From contig CAWHEP010000002.1 in assembly GCA_963828525.1 (NCBI GenBank), positions 1 to 64,000 on the forward strand: a stretch of 64,000 nt of DNA. Reading direction: 5' to 3'. This DNA is from an uncultured Verrucomicrobiae bacterium. GTDB lineage: Bacteria > Verrucomicrobiota > Verrucomicrobiia > Chthoniobacterales > Chthoniobacteraceae. Under the pieces are notes generated by a model, which was given only the letters and a program-made list of their open reading frames with translations, was not told the DNA's origin and did not search any database. The position numbers and the translations under genes are program-made. This document shows positions 1 to 8,801 of this stretch, piece after piece; the stretch's first letter is position 1, and each line of letters opens with the position of its first letter.

Positions 1-30
1 TCGTGACCTGACAATCGGTCGTCATTGCGC

Positions 31-59
31 TTGTATTGTTTCTGACACCACAATATCTT
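31..59 (+). promoter_or_regulatory. Putative sigma70 promoter of nrdR operon
   Basis: TTGTAT (31-36), 17-nt spacer, TATCTT (54-59), upstream of nrdR ATG at 94. Confidence 0.45.
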
Positions 60-63
60 GTGC
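48..63. promoter_or_regulatory. NrdR-box
   Basis: cCACAATATCTTGTGc matches the NrdR-box consensus acaCwAtATaTwGtgt at all strongly conserved positions; overlaps the putative -10. Confidence 0.75.
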
Positions 64-93
64 CCGAAATCCTGAATACGGGCTTTTACCACT

Positions 94-597
94 ATGCGCT
101 GCCCAAAGTGCGGAGGAATCGAAGACAAGGTTATTGACTCGCGCCTATCCAAGGACGGCGCAAGCATTCGCCGACGCCGGGAGTGTCTCGTCTGTGAACA
201 TCGCTTCACCACGTATGAGCAAGTGGATCGCGCCGATATCCGCGTAGTGAAGCGAGATGGAAGAGGCGAGCCTTTTGACCGGCACAAGCTTTCATCAGGG
301 ATAACAAAGGCATGCGAGAAGCGCCCAATCAGCATTGGCACGATTGAGCAGGCCGTCGAACAAATCATTCATGACCTTGAGTCGAACCACCCGCGCGAAG
401 TTTCGTCGCGTGTCGTCGGTGCAAAGGTGATGGAAAAGCTGCATCAACTCGACGAGGTTGCTTATGTCCGATATGCGTCGGTGTATCGGCACTTCGAGGA
501 TGTTGGCGAGTTTATTCAGGAGATACAATCGCTGGAAAGAAAACCGAAACCCAATGTATTGCAGCCTGAACTCTTCAAGACGTCGAATGGCAGGTAA
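94..597 (+). CDS. nrdR: Transcriptional repressor NrdR
   Basis: MRCPKC...IRRRRECLVC zinc ribbon, VVKRDG ATP-cone, VAYVRYASVYRHF motif. Confidence 0.98.
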   Translation: MRCPKCGGIEDKVIDSRLSKDGASIRRRRECLVCEHRFTTYEQVDRADIRVVKRDGRGEPFDRHKLSSGITKACEKRPISIGTIEQAVEQIIHDLESNHPREVSSRVVGAKVMEKLHQLDEVAYVRYASVYRHFEDVGEFIQEIQSLERKPKPNVLQPELFKTSNGR

Positions 598-600
598 GAA

Positions 601-1161
601 ATGATCGCGTTCAAAGACGATTTACCTTTGGTGCAATTCGATGGAGGACAGTTGGCTGCCTTCCAGAGGGATTGGCTCGTGCGTTCATTACGACGCGCGG
701 CGGAGAAGGCAGGCTATCCGCAATGGTGGCTCGCCGATCACGTGGCGGAAAGTGTCACGACTTATCTGCTGCTTGGCTACGATGACAGCACGGTCACCGT
801 CACCCGGCTCACCGCGGCGGTTCAGAGCGTCCTGCAGGTTATCGGTTACGCGGAGGTTGCCAGCTACTTCGTCCCCGATGCGCCGCCCGCGCAAATCTCC
901 CTGGACGAGGTGGCGCGCGAAGCTGGTTCCGGTTACGAACTCGCCTTTTTTGAGATTTTGGGACGTCGCTTGGCCGCCCTTGTTACCCCGGACACGAATT
1001 ACCTCGAGCTTTTTGGATTGGAGCGGTGCGTGAAAAAGTTAAGGGCAAAAAAGATATGGAGCCGCGATTGCGACGGGCTCCGTGAGGAGATCGTGTGCTT
1101 CGTGAGGGAACAACTGGGAGCGGCAAATGCGGGCAGGGATTTCCTTCTCGCGCTGTCCTGA
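601..1161 (+). CDS. Hypothetical protein with degenerate N-terminal ATP-cone-like domain
   Basis: 186-aa ORF 3 nt after nrdR; F..DWLVRSLRRAAEKAG...VQSVLQVIGYAEVASYF resembles ATP-cone helices (by-eye alignment). Confidence 0.75.
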   Translation: MIAFKDDLPLVQFDGGQLAAFQRDWLVRSLRRAAEKAGYPQWWLADHVAESVTTYLLLGYDDSTVTVTRLTAAVQSVLQVIGYAEVASYFVPDAPPAQISLDEVAREAGSGYELAFFEILGRRLAALVTPDTNYLELFGLERCVKKLRAKKIWSRDCDGLREEIVCFVREQLGAANAGRDFLLALS

Positions 1162-1165
1162 GGCC

Positions 1166-1504
1166 ATGACGCTGTTTGAAAGAATCGCCAGCGGTGAGAT
1201 TCCCGCGAAAATCGTGTTTCAAGAAGATGATCTCCTTGTTTTCCACGACGCAAGCCCTCAGGCCCCCATTCATCTCTTGATCGTGCCCAAGCGCCCGATC
1301 CCTCGTCTCGCGGAAGCACAAAATCACGATGGGCCGCTGCTCGGGCGGCTCCTTCTCGCCGCCGCGAAAGCGGCGGAAATGATGGGAGTCTCCACCAGCG
1401 GCTACAGGCTCGTTATCAACAACGGCCTGGATGCCGGAGAGTCCGTCCCGCATCTGCACATGCACCTTCTTGCGGGGCGAAAGTTGGCCTGGCCCCCTGG
1501 ATAG
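1166..1504 (+). CDS. HIT family nucleotide-binding protein (HinT-like)
   Basis: MTLFERIASGEIPAKIV...HLHMHLL histidine triad, C-terminal WPPG; start taken at ATG 1166. Confidence 0.95.
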   Translation: MTLFERIASGEIPAKIVFQEDDLLVFHDASPQAPIHLLIVPKRPIPRLAEAQNHDGPLLGRLLLAAAKAAEMMGVSTSGYRLVINNGLDAGESVPHLHMHLLAGRKLAWPPG

Positions 1505-1513
1505 AGAGTTTGC

Positions 1514-2092
1514 GTGACGATCCCACTGACGGTCCTGCCAATTCTATCCGCTTTCGCGATTTACTTCGTGCGGCTGGCGGAATTGAAAAAGAAACGGGAT
1601 GTAATCGCAGGCGTTATTAGCGAGCGGCTGACTCTCAAGCTTTTCATGATGACGGGGACATTGATGTTGCTCGGATCACTCGTGGAATTCCTCATTCGCC
1701 AAAAGATCCACTGGATTTGTTTTGCGATCGGATGGCCGGTGTCGCTCGCGTCATTTTACCTGCGGAACTCCGCGATTGCGGCGCTGGGCAGGTTTTGGAG
1801 CCTCCACGTTGAGATCAGGGACAAACACGAGTTCGTTAAGAGCGGGCCTTTCCGATGGGTGCGCCACCCAACATACCTTTCGATGATATTTGAGCTGCTG
1901 GGTGTAGGTTTGATCCTAAATGCTTTTTATATGCTGGCGGCCATCCCTTTCATTTTCCTCCCTGTGCTCCTAATGAGAGTGAGGATCGAAGAGTTCGCTC
2001 TCGTCCAAAAATTCGGAGAGCCATATCTCGCCTACCAAAAAACAACCCCTGCAATCCTGCCCTACCGCTGGCCTATTCGTCATGAGTCGTAA
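1514..2092 (+). CDS. Isoprenylcysteine carboxyl methyltransferase (ICMT/PEMT) family membrane protein
   Basis: Several TM helices; LGRFWS...H....GPFRWVRHPTY and RVRIEEFAL...FGEPY motifs. Confidence 0.9.
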   Translation: MTIPLTVLPILSAFAIYFVRLAELKKKRDVIAGVISERLTLKLFMMTGTLMLLGSLVEFLIRQKIHWICFAIGWPVSLASFYLRNSAIAALGRFWSLHVEIRDKHEFVKSGPFRWVRHPTYLSMIFELLGVGLILNAFYMLAAIPFIFLPVLLMRVRIEEFALVQKFGEPYLAYQKTTPAILPYRWPIRHES

Positions 2093-3341
2093 TCATCTCG
2101 CTCGACGCGTTGTAATCACCGGCATGGGCGTTGTGGCCCCGAACGGTCATGATCTGAAGACGTTTTGGAAGACCATCTGCCTTGGCCAAAGTGCCGCGGC
2201 GCCGGTGACTCGATTTGATACCAGCGATCTTCCCAACAAAATCGCCGCTGAGATAACGGACTTTGATCCCAAGCTATACATGGAGGCCAAAACCGCGCGG
2301 CGTCTGGATCGCTCCTCGCAATACGCGGTTTCGGCCGCCCGGCTTGCGATGGACGACGCCAGGATCGAATTTGCGAAGTTTGATCCCGAGAGGGTTGGAG
2401 TCGTTGAAGGGACATCGCTGAGCAACAATGAAATGGCGTTCAAGGTTGAAAACACTTTTGCGTCGAAAGGGTATCGCTCATTGAGCCCCTATGCGTTGAT
2501 TAACGGCTACAACGGAGGAGGAAGCGGTGAGATTTCAAATGAGCTTGGCGTGACCGGACATGCGATCACATGCAGCACCGGGAGTGCCTCTGGAAACGAC
2601 GCCGTAGGCTACGGCTTCAACATGGTTCGCAACGATCAGGCGGATGTGATGATCGCTGGGGGCACCGAAGCGCCTTTGCTGGCACCCCTGTGGGGAGGAT
2701 TTTGCCAGACGAAGGTGATGACCTCGCGAAACGACGCCCCGAAGACCTCAATGAGACCGTTCGATAAGACGCGGGATGGATTCCTGCTGGGTGAGGGAGC
2801 GGCGTTCCTCGTGCTCGAAGAGCTGTCCTACGCTCTTGCGCGCGGGGCGACGATTTATGCCGAGGTGTTCGGACATGGCCGAAGCTGCGAGGCATACCAC
2901 CCGGCGACTCCTCACCCGGAAGGCATCGGAGTTATACGGGCCATGGAGAAGGCATTGCAGCAGGCGCAAGTTCACTTCTCCGAGATCGACTATATCAACG
3001 CCCATGGAACGGCTACCGAGGCAAATGATCGCGTGGAGACCAGGGCTATAAAAAAGCTCTTCGGGGTCAGCGCGGCGAACCTCGCTGTCAGTTCGACAAA
3101 GCCAATCACGGGTCACCTGCTCGCGGGAGCTGGAGCTCTCGAAACTATCGTCTGCACCCTCGCCATCCACCACCAGGAGATCCCGCTTACCTTGAACCTG
3201 ACGGAACCCGATGAAGGTTGCACACTCGATTATGTCCAGGGATCCTCGCGCCCATACCCGCTAAAAACGGTGATGAACCTCAGCAGCGGATTCGGCGGAA
3301 AAAACGCCTGCCTGATACTGGGGAAGTTCCCCGGCTCTTAA
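2082..3341 (+). CDS. FabF-like beta-ketoacyl synthase, catalytic Cys apparently replaced by Ser
   Basis: RRVVITGMG, DGFLLGEGA, NAHGTAT, KPITGHLLAGAG, SGFGGKNA; active-site loop reads STGSASG. Confidence 0.92.
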   Translation: MSRNHLARRVVITGMGVVAPNGHDLKTFWKTICLGQSAAAPVTRFDTSDLPNKIAAEITDFDPKLYMEAKTARRLDRSSQYAVSAARLAMDDARIEFAKFDPERVGVVEGTSLSNNEMAFKVENTFASKGYRSLSPYALINGYNGGGSGEISNELGVTGHAITCSTGSASGNDAVGYGFNMVRNDQADVMIAGGTEAPLLAPLWGGFCQTKVMTSRNDAPKTSMRPFDKTRDGFLLGEGAAFLVLEELSYALARGATIYAEVFGHGRSCEAYHPATPHPEGIGVIRAMEKALQQAQVHFSEIDYINAHGTATEANDRVETRAIKKLFGVSAANLAVSSTKPITGHLLAGAGALETIVCTLAIHHQEIPLTLNLTEPDEGCTLDYVQGSSRPYPLKTVMNLSSGFGGKNACLILGKFPGS

Positions 3342-5497
3342 TGTCGTTCTTCCAGTACATCCCGTTATTTGCGGCAGTTGCCAACCTCATCCTTACCATC
3401 CTCGTCGTCTGTCGCGACCCCCGTCCGGTTCTCCATCGTGTATTTGGAGTATTCGGGCTGTCACTGACGATATGGAATCTGGGGACCTTCTGCATGTTCC
3501 GCGTGAACAACGCCGCTTCAGCGTTGTTTTATGCGCGATTCCTCCAGTTCGGCGTCATCTTCATCCCCATCACTCTGTTCCACCTGTCGCTTTTGATCGG
3601 GCAGGTTCGCACGGGTCCCATCATTCGCTGGCTGTACGCTCTGGCCATCTGCCTCGCGCTGAGCAACTTTACCGGCTTGTTTATCGCTGGCGTCCGCGAT
3701 TTCGGCTACGCCTATTATTCGATCGCTGGCCCCGGCTTCTGGATCTTCTCACTGACTCTGATCCTGCTTCTCGTTTCTGTCCCAATCTTGATCGCGAAGC
3801 GCCGCCAGCTACCGCTGTTGCATAAGAGGCGGCTTACCCCGCTGATCATCGCCCAAAGCGCCCTTATTGCTTTTGGATGCAACGACGTGATCCCTATCCT
3901 CGGGATTGATTACTATCCCTTCACACAGATTCAGGTTTACCCGCTCGGCAGTCTGGCTGCTGTCTTTTACGGCTTGATCGTCGGCTACAGCGTTCTTCAA
4001 CATCAGTTGCTTGACGTTCAGGTTACGTTGGGCCGTGCAGCCGCCCACTTGGTTCGGCTTACGTTTTTATTCGCGATCGGCATTACGCTTCTTCTTCTGG
4101 CGAGCATCCTTGCGCGAAATCAGTTCACACCGGTCTCCTTCCTGTGCTCGCTCACGGTGCTGCTCTTGAGCTCGCTGATCGCCTCTTTCTTTTTTCCGCG
4201 CATCTTTGGCGGAGGTGGCGAGGCACTGGAACGGCGGCTCCTCGGGGATCGGTTTGAATACCATGTCCAGGTACGCGGCTTCATCTCGTCCATGCAGAAA
4301 TATACCGACCACGAAATGCTGCTTAATGATCTGGAGCATCTGTTGGTGCATGTAATCGGCGTGGCCAGTTATCAGATTTTAATGCTGGACGAAGCAAGCC
4401 GCGCTTTTTCGCTATTCCGTTCCTTCCCACAGCGCCCAAGTGGAGATCCTTCGGAAATCCAGATTGAATCCCCCATTTTCCGGCTATTCGCGAAGAGCAA
4501 AGCTGAATACATCGCGCTGAATACGGTCTATGTATCTCCCATCGAGAATGTTGTCGAACGGGAAGCTCGAGGCGTCATGCGCCGGTTTGACGCGGAATTT
4601 TGCTTTCCCTTCTTCGCCGATTTGGCACCTTTCGGTCTGTTGCTGATCGGGGTGAAGAGTACTGGCGATCCATACACCGCAACGGATGTTAATCTTCTCG
4701 TGGCACTGGTAAAAAACCTGAGCCTGTTTTTAAACCAGGCACGTCTCAAGGATCAGATCATGCTGGCTCAGGAATTGGACCTTCTCGGCAGGATGTCCCG
4801 CGGAATGGCTCACGATCTTAACAATCTGCTAACGCCAATGTGGACGCTCCTGCAATTGGCGAACGAGGGAACTCCGCTGGAGTTATTGCGAGACGAACTG
4901 CTCCCGCTCGCCACCCGTAATATCGAAACCATGCGAACCTACATTAGGGAGGCGCTGTTTTTCTCGAAGAACCTGCGCCCCAACTTTCAGCTCGGACGCA
5001 TGGATATGGTGGTGGCGCAGGCGGTGGAACTGGCTTCCCAGCAACTTCGGCGAAAGGATATAAAAACGCTGGTTGATATGTCACCAGACACCCTTCTGGA
5101 AATGGACGCGGTCCTCATCCAACGATTAATCGTCAACCTGCTCTCAAACGCCATTGATGCCTCATCGCCCGGCGCGCACGTCCACCTCTATCTCTCCCGG
5201 ATGCCGAAAGCGCCGGGCAGTCGCGAATGGCTTCGCCTCGCCATCATCGACGAAGGGGAGGGGATCGCGGAAGAGAACCTTGCGCGGATTTTCACGCCGT
5301 ATTTTACAACGAAGGATCGCGGAGATGAAAACCGCGGGTTTGGCCTCGGTTTGTCCATCTGTCGGCGGATTGTGAATTTGCATGGCGGCAATTTAAGTGT
5401 TGCCAGCAAGCCGAAAAAAGGCACCACTGTGAACGTGGACTTGCCCCTTTCTCAAAGTAGCCCCACGATCCCGCTCGTTACAGCTTCGGCGAAATGA
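3341..5497 (+). CDS. Sensor histidine kinase with N-terminal multi-TM (7TM-type) domain and GAF-like domain
   Basis: Many TM helices, H-box GMAHDLNNLL, N-box NLLSNAIDA, DEGEGI, GFGLGL; ATG overlaps KS stop (TAATG). Confidence 0.92.
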   Translation: MSFFQYIPLFAAVANLILTILVVCRDPRPVLHRVFGVFGLSLTIWNLGTFCMFRVNNAASALFYARFLQFGVIFIPITLFHLSLLIGQVRTGPIIRWLYALAICLALSNFTGLFIAGVRDFGYAYYSIAGPGFWIFSLTLILLLVSVPILIAKRRQLPLLHKRRLTPLIIAQSALIAFGCNDVIPILGIDYYPFTQIQVYPLGSLAAVFYGLIVGYSVLQHQLLDVQVTLGRAAAHLVRLTFLFAIGITLLLLASILARNQFTPVSFLCSLTVLLLSSLIASFFFPRIFGGGGEALERRLLGDRFEYHVQVRGFISSMQKYTDHEMLLNDLEHLLVHVIGVASYQILMLDEASRAFSLFRSFPQRPSGDPSEIQIESPIFRLFAKSKAEYIALNTVYVSPIENVVEREARGVMRRFDAEFCFPFFADLAPFGLLLIGVKSTGDPYTATDVNLLVALVKNLSLFLNQARLKDQIMLAQELDLLGRMSRGMAHDLNNLLTPMWTLLQLANEGTPLELLRDELLPLATRNIETMRTYIREALFFSKNLRPNFQLGRMDMVVAQAVELASQQLRRKDIKTLVDMSPDTLLEMDAVLIQRLIVNLLSNAIDASSPGAHVHLYLSRMPKAPGSREWLRLAIIDEGEGIAEENLARIFTPYFTTKDRGDENRGFGLGLSICRRIVNLHGGNLSVASKPKKGTTVNVDLPLSQSSPTIPLVTASAK

Positions 5498-7506
5498 TTT
5501 CCCTGCTCGTCTCTCTCGACAAGCATCGCTGGCAACCGCCATCCAGTCCATCCTGGATCCAACGCGGTACCAGATCATTGCCAAGGCCGACGTTTGGGAG
5601 GCGGAGTCGCTGCTGGGGCGTGGGGCAATCGATGCCCTGATTCTGGATGTCGAAATCACCGATGTCCGCGCAATCCGTACCGATAGGCGAGTTAAAGGTC
5701 GTGGCTCCGTTATGTCCCATGATCGTGTATGAAGGGGCACCGCATTCGGAATGGGAGGAAGACGCTTACCTTCTAGGCGTTTCGCACGTTCTCACGAAGC
5801 CGGTGCGCTCCAAGATCCTCAACACGCTGCTGGACCGGCTGCTTGCCAAGCACTCTTCCACGCCAAAGTCGGTTGCTGAGCCGGCCCAGCTTGCCGCCCG
5901 CGCTTTACCCGCAAGCACCGCTTATTCGCATCATACGACAGCGCTCACGGCACTCCGCGACTTTTCATCCATTCTTTCGCACACTCTCGATTCCCAAGCC
6001 CTGCTAAAGCGCTTCCTGTTGCTCTTGCGTGAGGTAATCGGAGTGAATCGCGCGATAATTTTCCTGCGAAAGCCCGGCGGGCTGACCAATGACACTACGA
6101 ACGGCAGGGATGACCGCTGGCTCCGCTCGGCCTGCGCTATTGGGATCGAGCATACATTTCTCGACCATTTCGCGCTTTCTTTCCGAACGGGCATCGGGGG
6201 CTATCTTCATAGACAAGGACGCATCCTGCGCGCGACCAGTCCAGAGGGGAGTGGCGACAGAGAGGCGGCCAGGGAGTTTCAACTCCTTGGAGTCGAAGTG
6301 GCGATTCCGATACTGGACAGGGAATCGATGATCGGCGTGGCTGTTTTTGACAAGCGGCTGACCGGTGAGCCTTATGCGAATGAGGAACTGGCGCTCATCT
6401 TTCATATGCTGGAAGAAGTCGGGCTCGCGATCAAGAATAGCTGGCTGCATGATGAGGTCATCAATAACCATGCAATGGTGGGGGACATCCTTGGCCAGTT
6501 GTCGAGCGGTTGCATCGTTGTTGGCAGCAACCTCGCGATCTTGCATGCGAATCCTGCGGCTCGCGCACTGTTTGTGAAGGATCCGAATAAAAAAGATCTG
6601 GAATTTGGCGACCTGTCCCAGGAATTGGGCAGCAAAATCTTCACTGTCCTTAAGACGTGCGCGCCCCAGCCAAAGTTCCGATATCGCCCGGCACACGCGC
6701 TAGAAACTTCATTCCAGGTCACCATCTCACCCTTCCGCGCGGAGACGCCTACCCTTCCCAATGCGGCTCTCCTCATCATAGAAGATGTCAGCCAGATCGA
6801 AAAGGCGCAGCGTCTGGAGATAGAAGCGTCAAATCTGCGGCTCGTGAAATCGATGGCCGAGCACCTGGCCCACGAGATCGGCAATTCGCTTGTCCCACTC
6901 TCAACTCACGAGCAGTTGCTGCCCGAGAAATTCGAGGAGCCTGAGTTCCGGGTTTCTCTCGCGGATGCCATGGGTGCGGCGGTGAAACGCATCTCCAGGT
7001 TCGCGAATCAAATGGTGTTCCTTGCGCGTGATAACACGGATTTTGCCGACAAGATTCAACTCGCGGAGGTAATTGTCGAGGCGTTCCACGAAGCCAACAA
7101 GTTTCAACCTGGCAAACTCGCCCGGCTGACGTTTGAAAAAAGCTCTGAACGCTGGATAGTGGCGGGAGATTACAAGGCGCTCCGTCACGCTTTTGCCGAG
7201 GTGATGTTGAATGCCCTGCAGGCAAATCCGAAAGAGCCGAAGGTGGATGTTCGCATAGAGGAAGACAAGCTGGACGGTGGGAGCGTGTCGCTCGAGATCG
7301 AGGTGCAGGATGCGGGGTCTGGCTTCACGCAGGAAACCGCGGATCGGGCTCCGGAGCCCTTTTTTTCCACGCGAAATGTTGGGCTCGGCCTCGGCCTTAC
7401 CGTCACGCGAAAGATCATTGAAAATCATCGGGGCAAAATGAGGATCGCAAAAACGACGAAGAATCAAACCGGAGTGGTCCGGATCTCGCTGCCGCTGACT
7501 CTCTAG
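5494..7506 (+). CDS. REC-GAF-PAS histidine kinase (indels near 5515 and 5680)
   Basis: ATGA overlap with previous gene; receiver-like N-terminus (IDALILDVE...VLTKP) recovered by a frame change; H-box HLAHEIGNSL, DAGSG, GLGLGL. Confidence 0.85.
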
Positions 7507-7558
7507 AATTTGCGAAACTTTGGCACCACAGAGGCCGTGGGAGTAAAGCCTGGTGGGC

Positions 7559-7574
7559 GGGCACGGCTAATGCT
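7559..7574 (+). promoter_or_regulatory. Possible sigma54 (-24/-12) promoter
   Basis: gGGCACGGCTAATGCt = GG-N10-GC upstream of the FadL-like gene; leader would be very short. Confidence 0.35.
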
Positions 7575-7592
7575 TTCCTTGAGAGGACTTTC

Positions 7593-8801
7593 ATGAAACT
7601 TCTTTGTCTCAGCCTGGTTCCGCTTCTTCTCCCCACATCCTTGCTCGCTCTCGGCCTTCGCCTGCCGGATCAGGATGCGGAAGCGAGTTCTCGTGGAAAC
7701 GCGTTTGCGGCCACGGCGGACAGCCCAGCCGCGATCTACTATAACCCGGCGGGGATCACCCAGCTTGAAGGGCTTAACTCAAGCTTCGGTGTCTATGGAA
7801 TCGACCTGCGTGTTTATGACAAGCCGAAGAACGGCGGATCTGAAATCTCCAGCACGAATCGCATCCAGGCAGCTCCTCAATCTTACTATACATACACGCC
7901 AAAAAATTGGCCGGTGTCCTTCGGATTGGGTGCTTATGCGCCATTTGGTTTCGGACTTGAATATCCTGACTATTCGCAATTGCGAACGTTCGCAATTCGC
8001 GGGAAAGTTTCTTATCTGGCGGTCAATCCCGTCGTCGCCTGGAAGGTCTGCAAGGGCTTGTCCATCGCGGCGGGCCTGACTCTCGATCATGCCACAGCGG
8101 ATCTGCGGCGGGGAATAGCGGTGCCCGGGGATGAGTTCAAGTTCCGCGGCAACGGAGACGCGATAGGCTATAATATCGGCCTCCTCTGGCAGCCCTGCCA
8201 GAAATTCTCTTTCGGTTTGACCTATCGCAGTGCCACCTCTGTCACTTTCGACGGGCACACCGATTTGACCGTCGCTCCATTTGCCGCGCTGGGAAACTCA
8301 ACCCTTGTCCGATTTCCGGAGCAGCCGGCGAATGCCACACTGCCCTTTCCCAAAGAGATCGTTGCTGGCTTATCATTCCGGCCCGCACCCGATTGGAATG
8401 TCGAATTCGATATCGATTGGACAGACTGGCATACTTTGAAGACGGTGACCATCTACCAACGGGCCAGCAAGCTATATCTCCCCTTCAACTGGCAGCCGAG
8501 TTTCCTCTACGAATTGGGAGTGACGCATAAGCTTCCCCACGAGTTCAGGCTCAGTGCTGGCTACCTCTTCAGCGAGGAGTCAGTTCCCTCCGACAGCTTC
8601 GACCCGTCGATCCCAGACAATAACCGGCATATCTTCAGCGTGGGGCTTGGCCAGGAAGTTCCGCGGTTGCACGCTTCCTGGGACATCGGTTACCAGTTCA
8701 TCTATGGGCCTGGAAGATCAATCTCACACGGAAACCTGGCGGATGGCACGTACTCCTTCTACAGCAATGCGATTAGCCTCTCATTTGGATATCACTTCTA
8801 A
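7593..8801 (+). CDS. FadL/OmpP1/TodX family outer-membrane channel
   Basis: Signal peptide, GNAFAATADSPAAIYYNPAGITQL motif, C-terminal aromatic GYHF. Confidence 0.92.
   Translation: MKLLCLSLVPLLLPTSLLALGLRLPDQDAEASSRGNAFAATADSPAAIYYNPAGITQLEGLNSSFGVYGIDLRVYDKPKNGGSEISSTNRIQAAPQSYYTYTPKNWPVSFGLGAYAPFGFGLEYPDYSQLRTFAIRGKVSYLAVNPVVAWKVCKGLSIAAGLTLDHATADLRRGIAVPGDEFKFRGNGDAIGYNIGLLWQPCQKFSFGLTYRSATSVTFDGHTDLTVAPFAALGNSTLVRFPEQPANATLPFPKEIVAGLSFRPAPDWNVEFDIDWTDWHTLKTVTIYQRASKLYLPFNWQPSFLYELGVTHKLPHEFRLSAGYLFSEESVPSDSFDPSIPDNNRHIFSVGLGQEVPRLHASWDIGYQFIYGPGRSISHGNLADGTYSFYSNAISLSFGYHF

Noticed and set aside
3341..5497. Naming the first kinase PrsK
   Set aside because: Architecture is similar, but there is no adjacent PrsR-type sigma54 activator or exosortase; cannot confirm without an HMM search
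7520..7536. TTGGCAC as a sigma54 -24 element
   Set aside because: The -12 position reads AGGC rather than the consensus TTGC; the site at 7559 fits better
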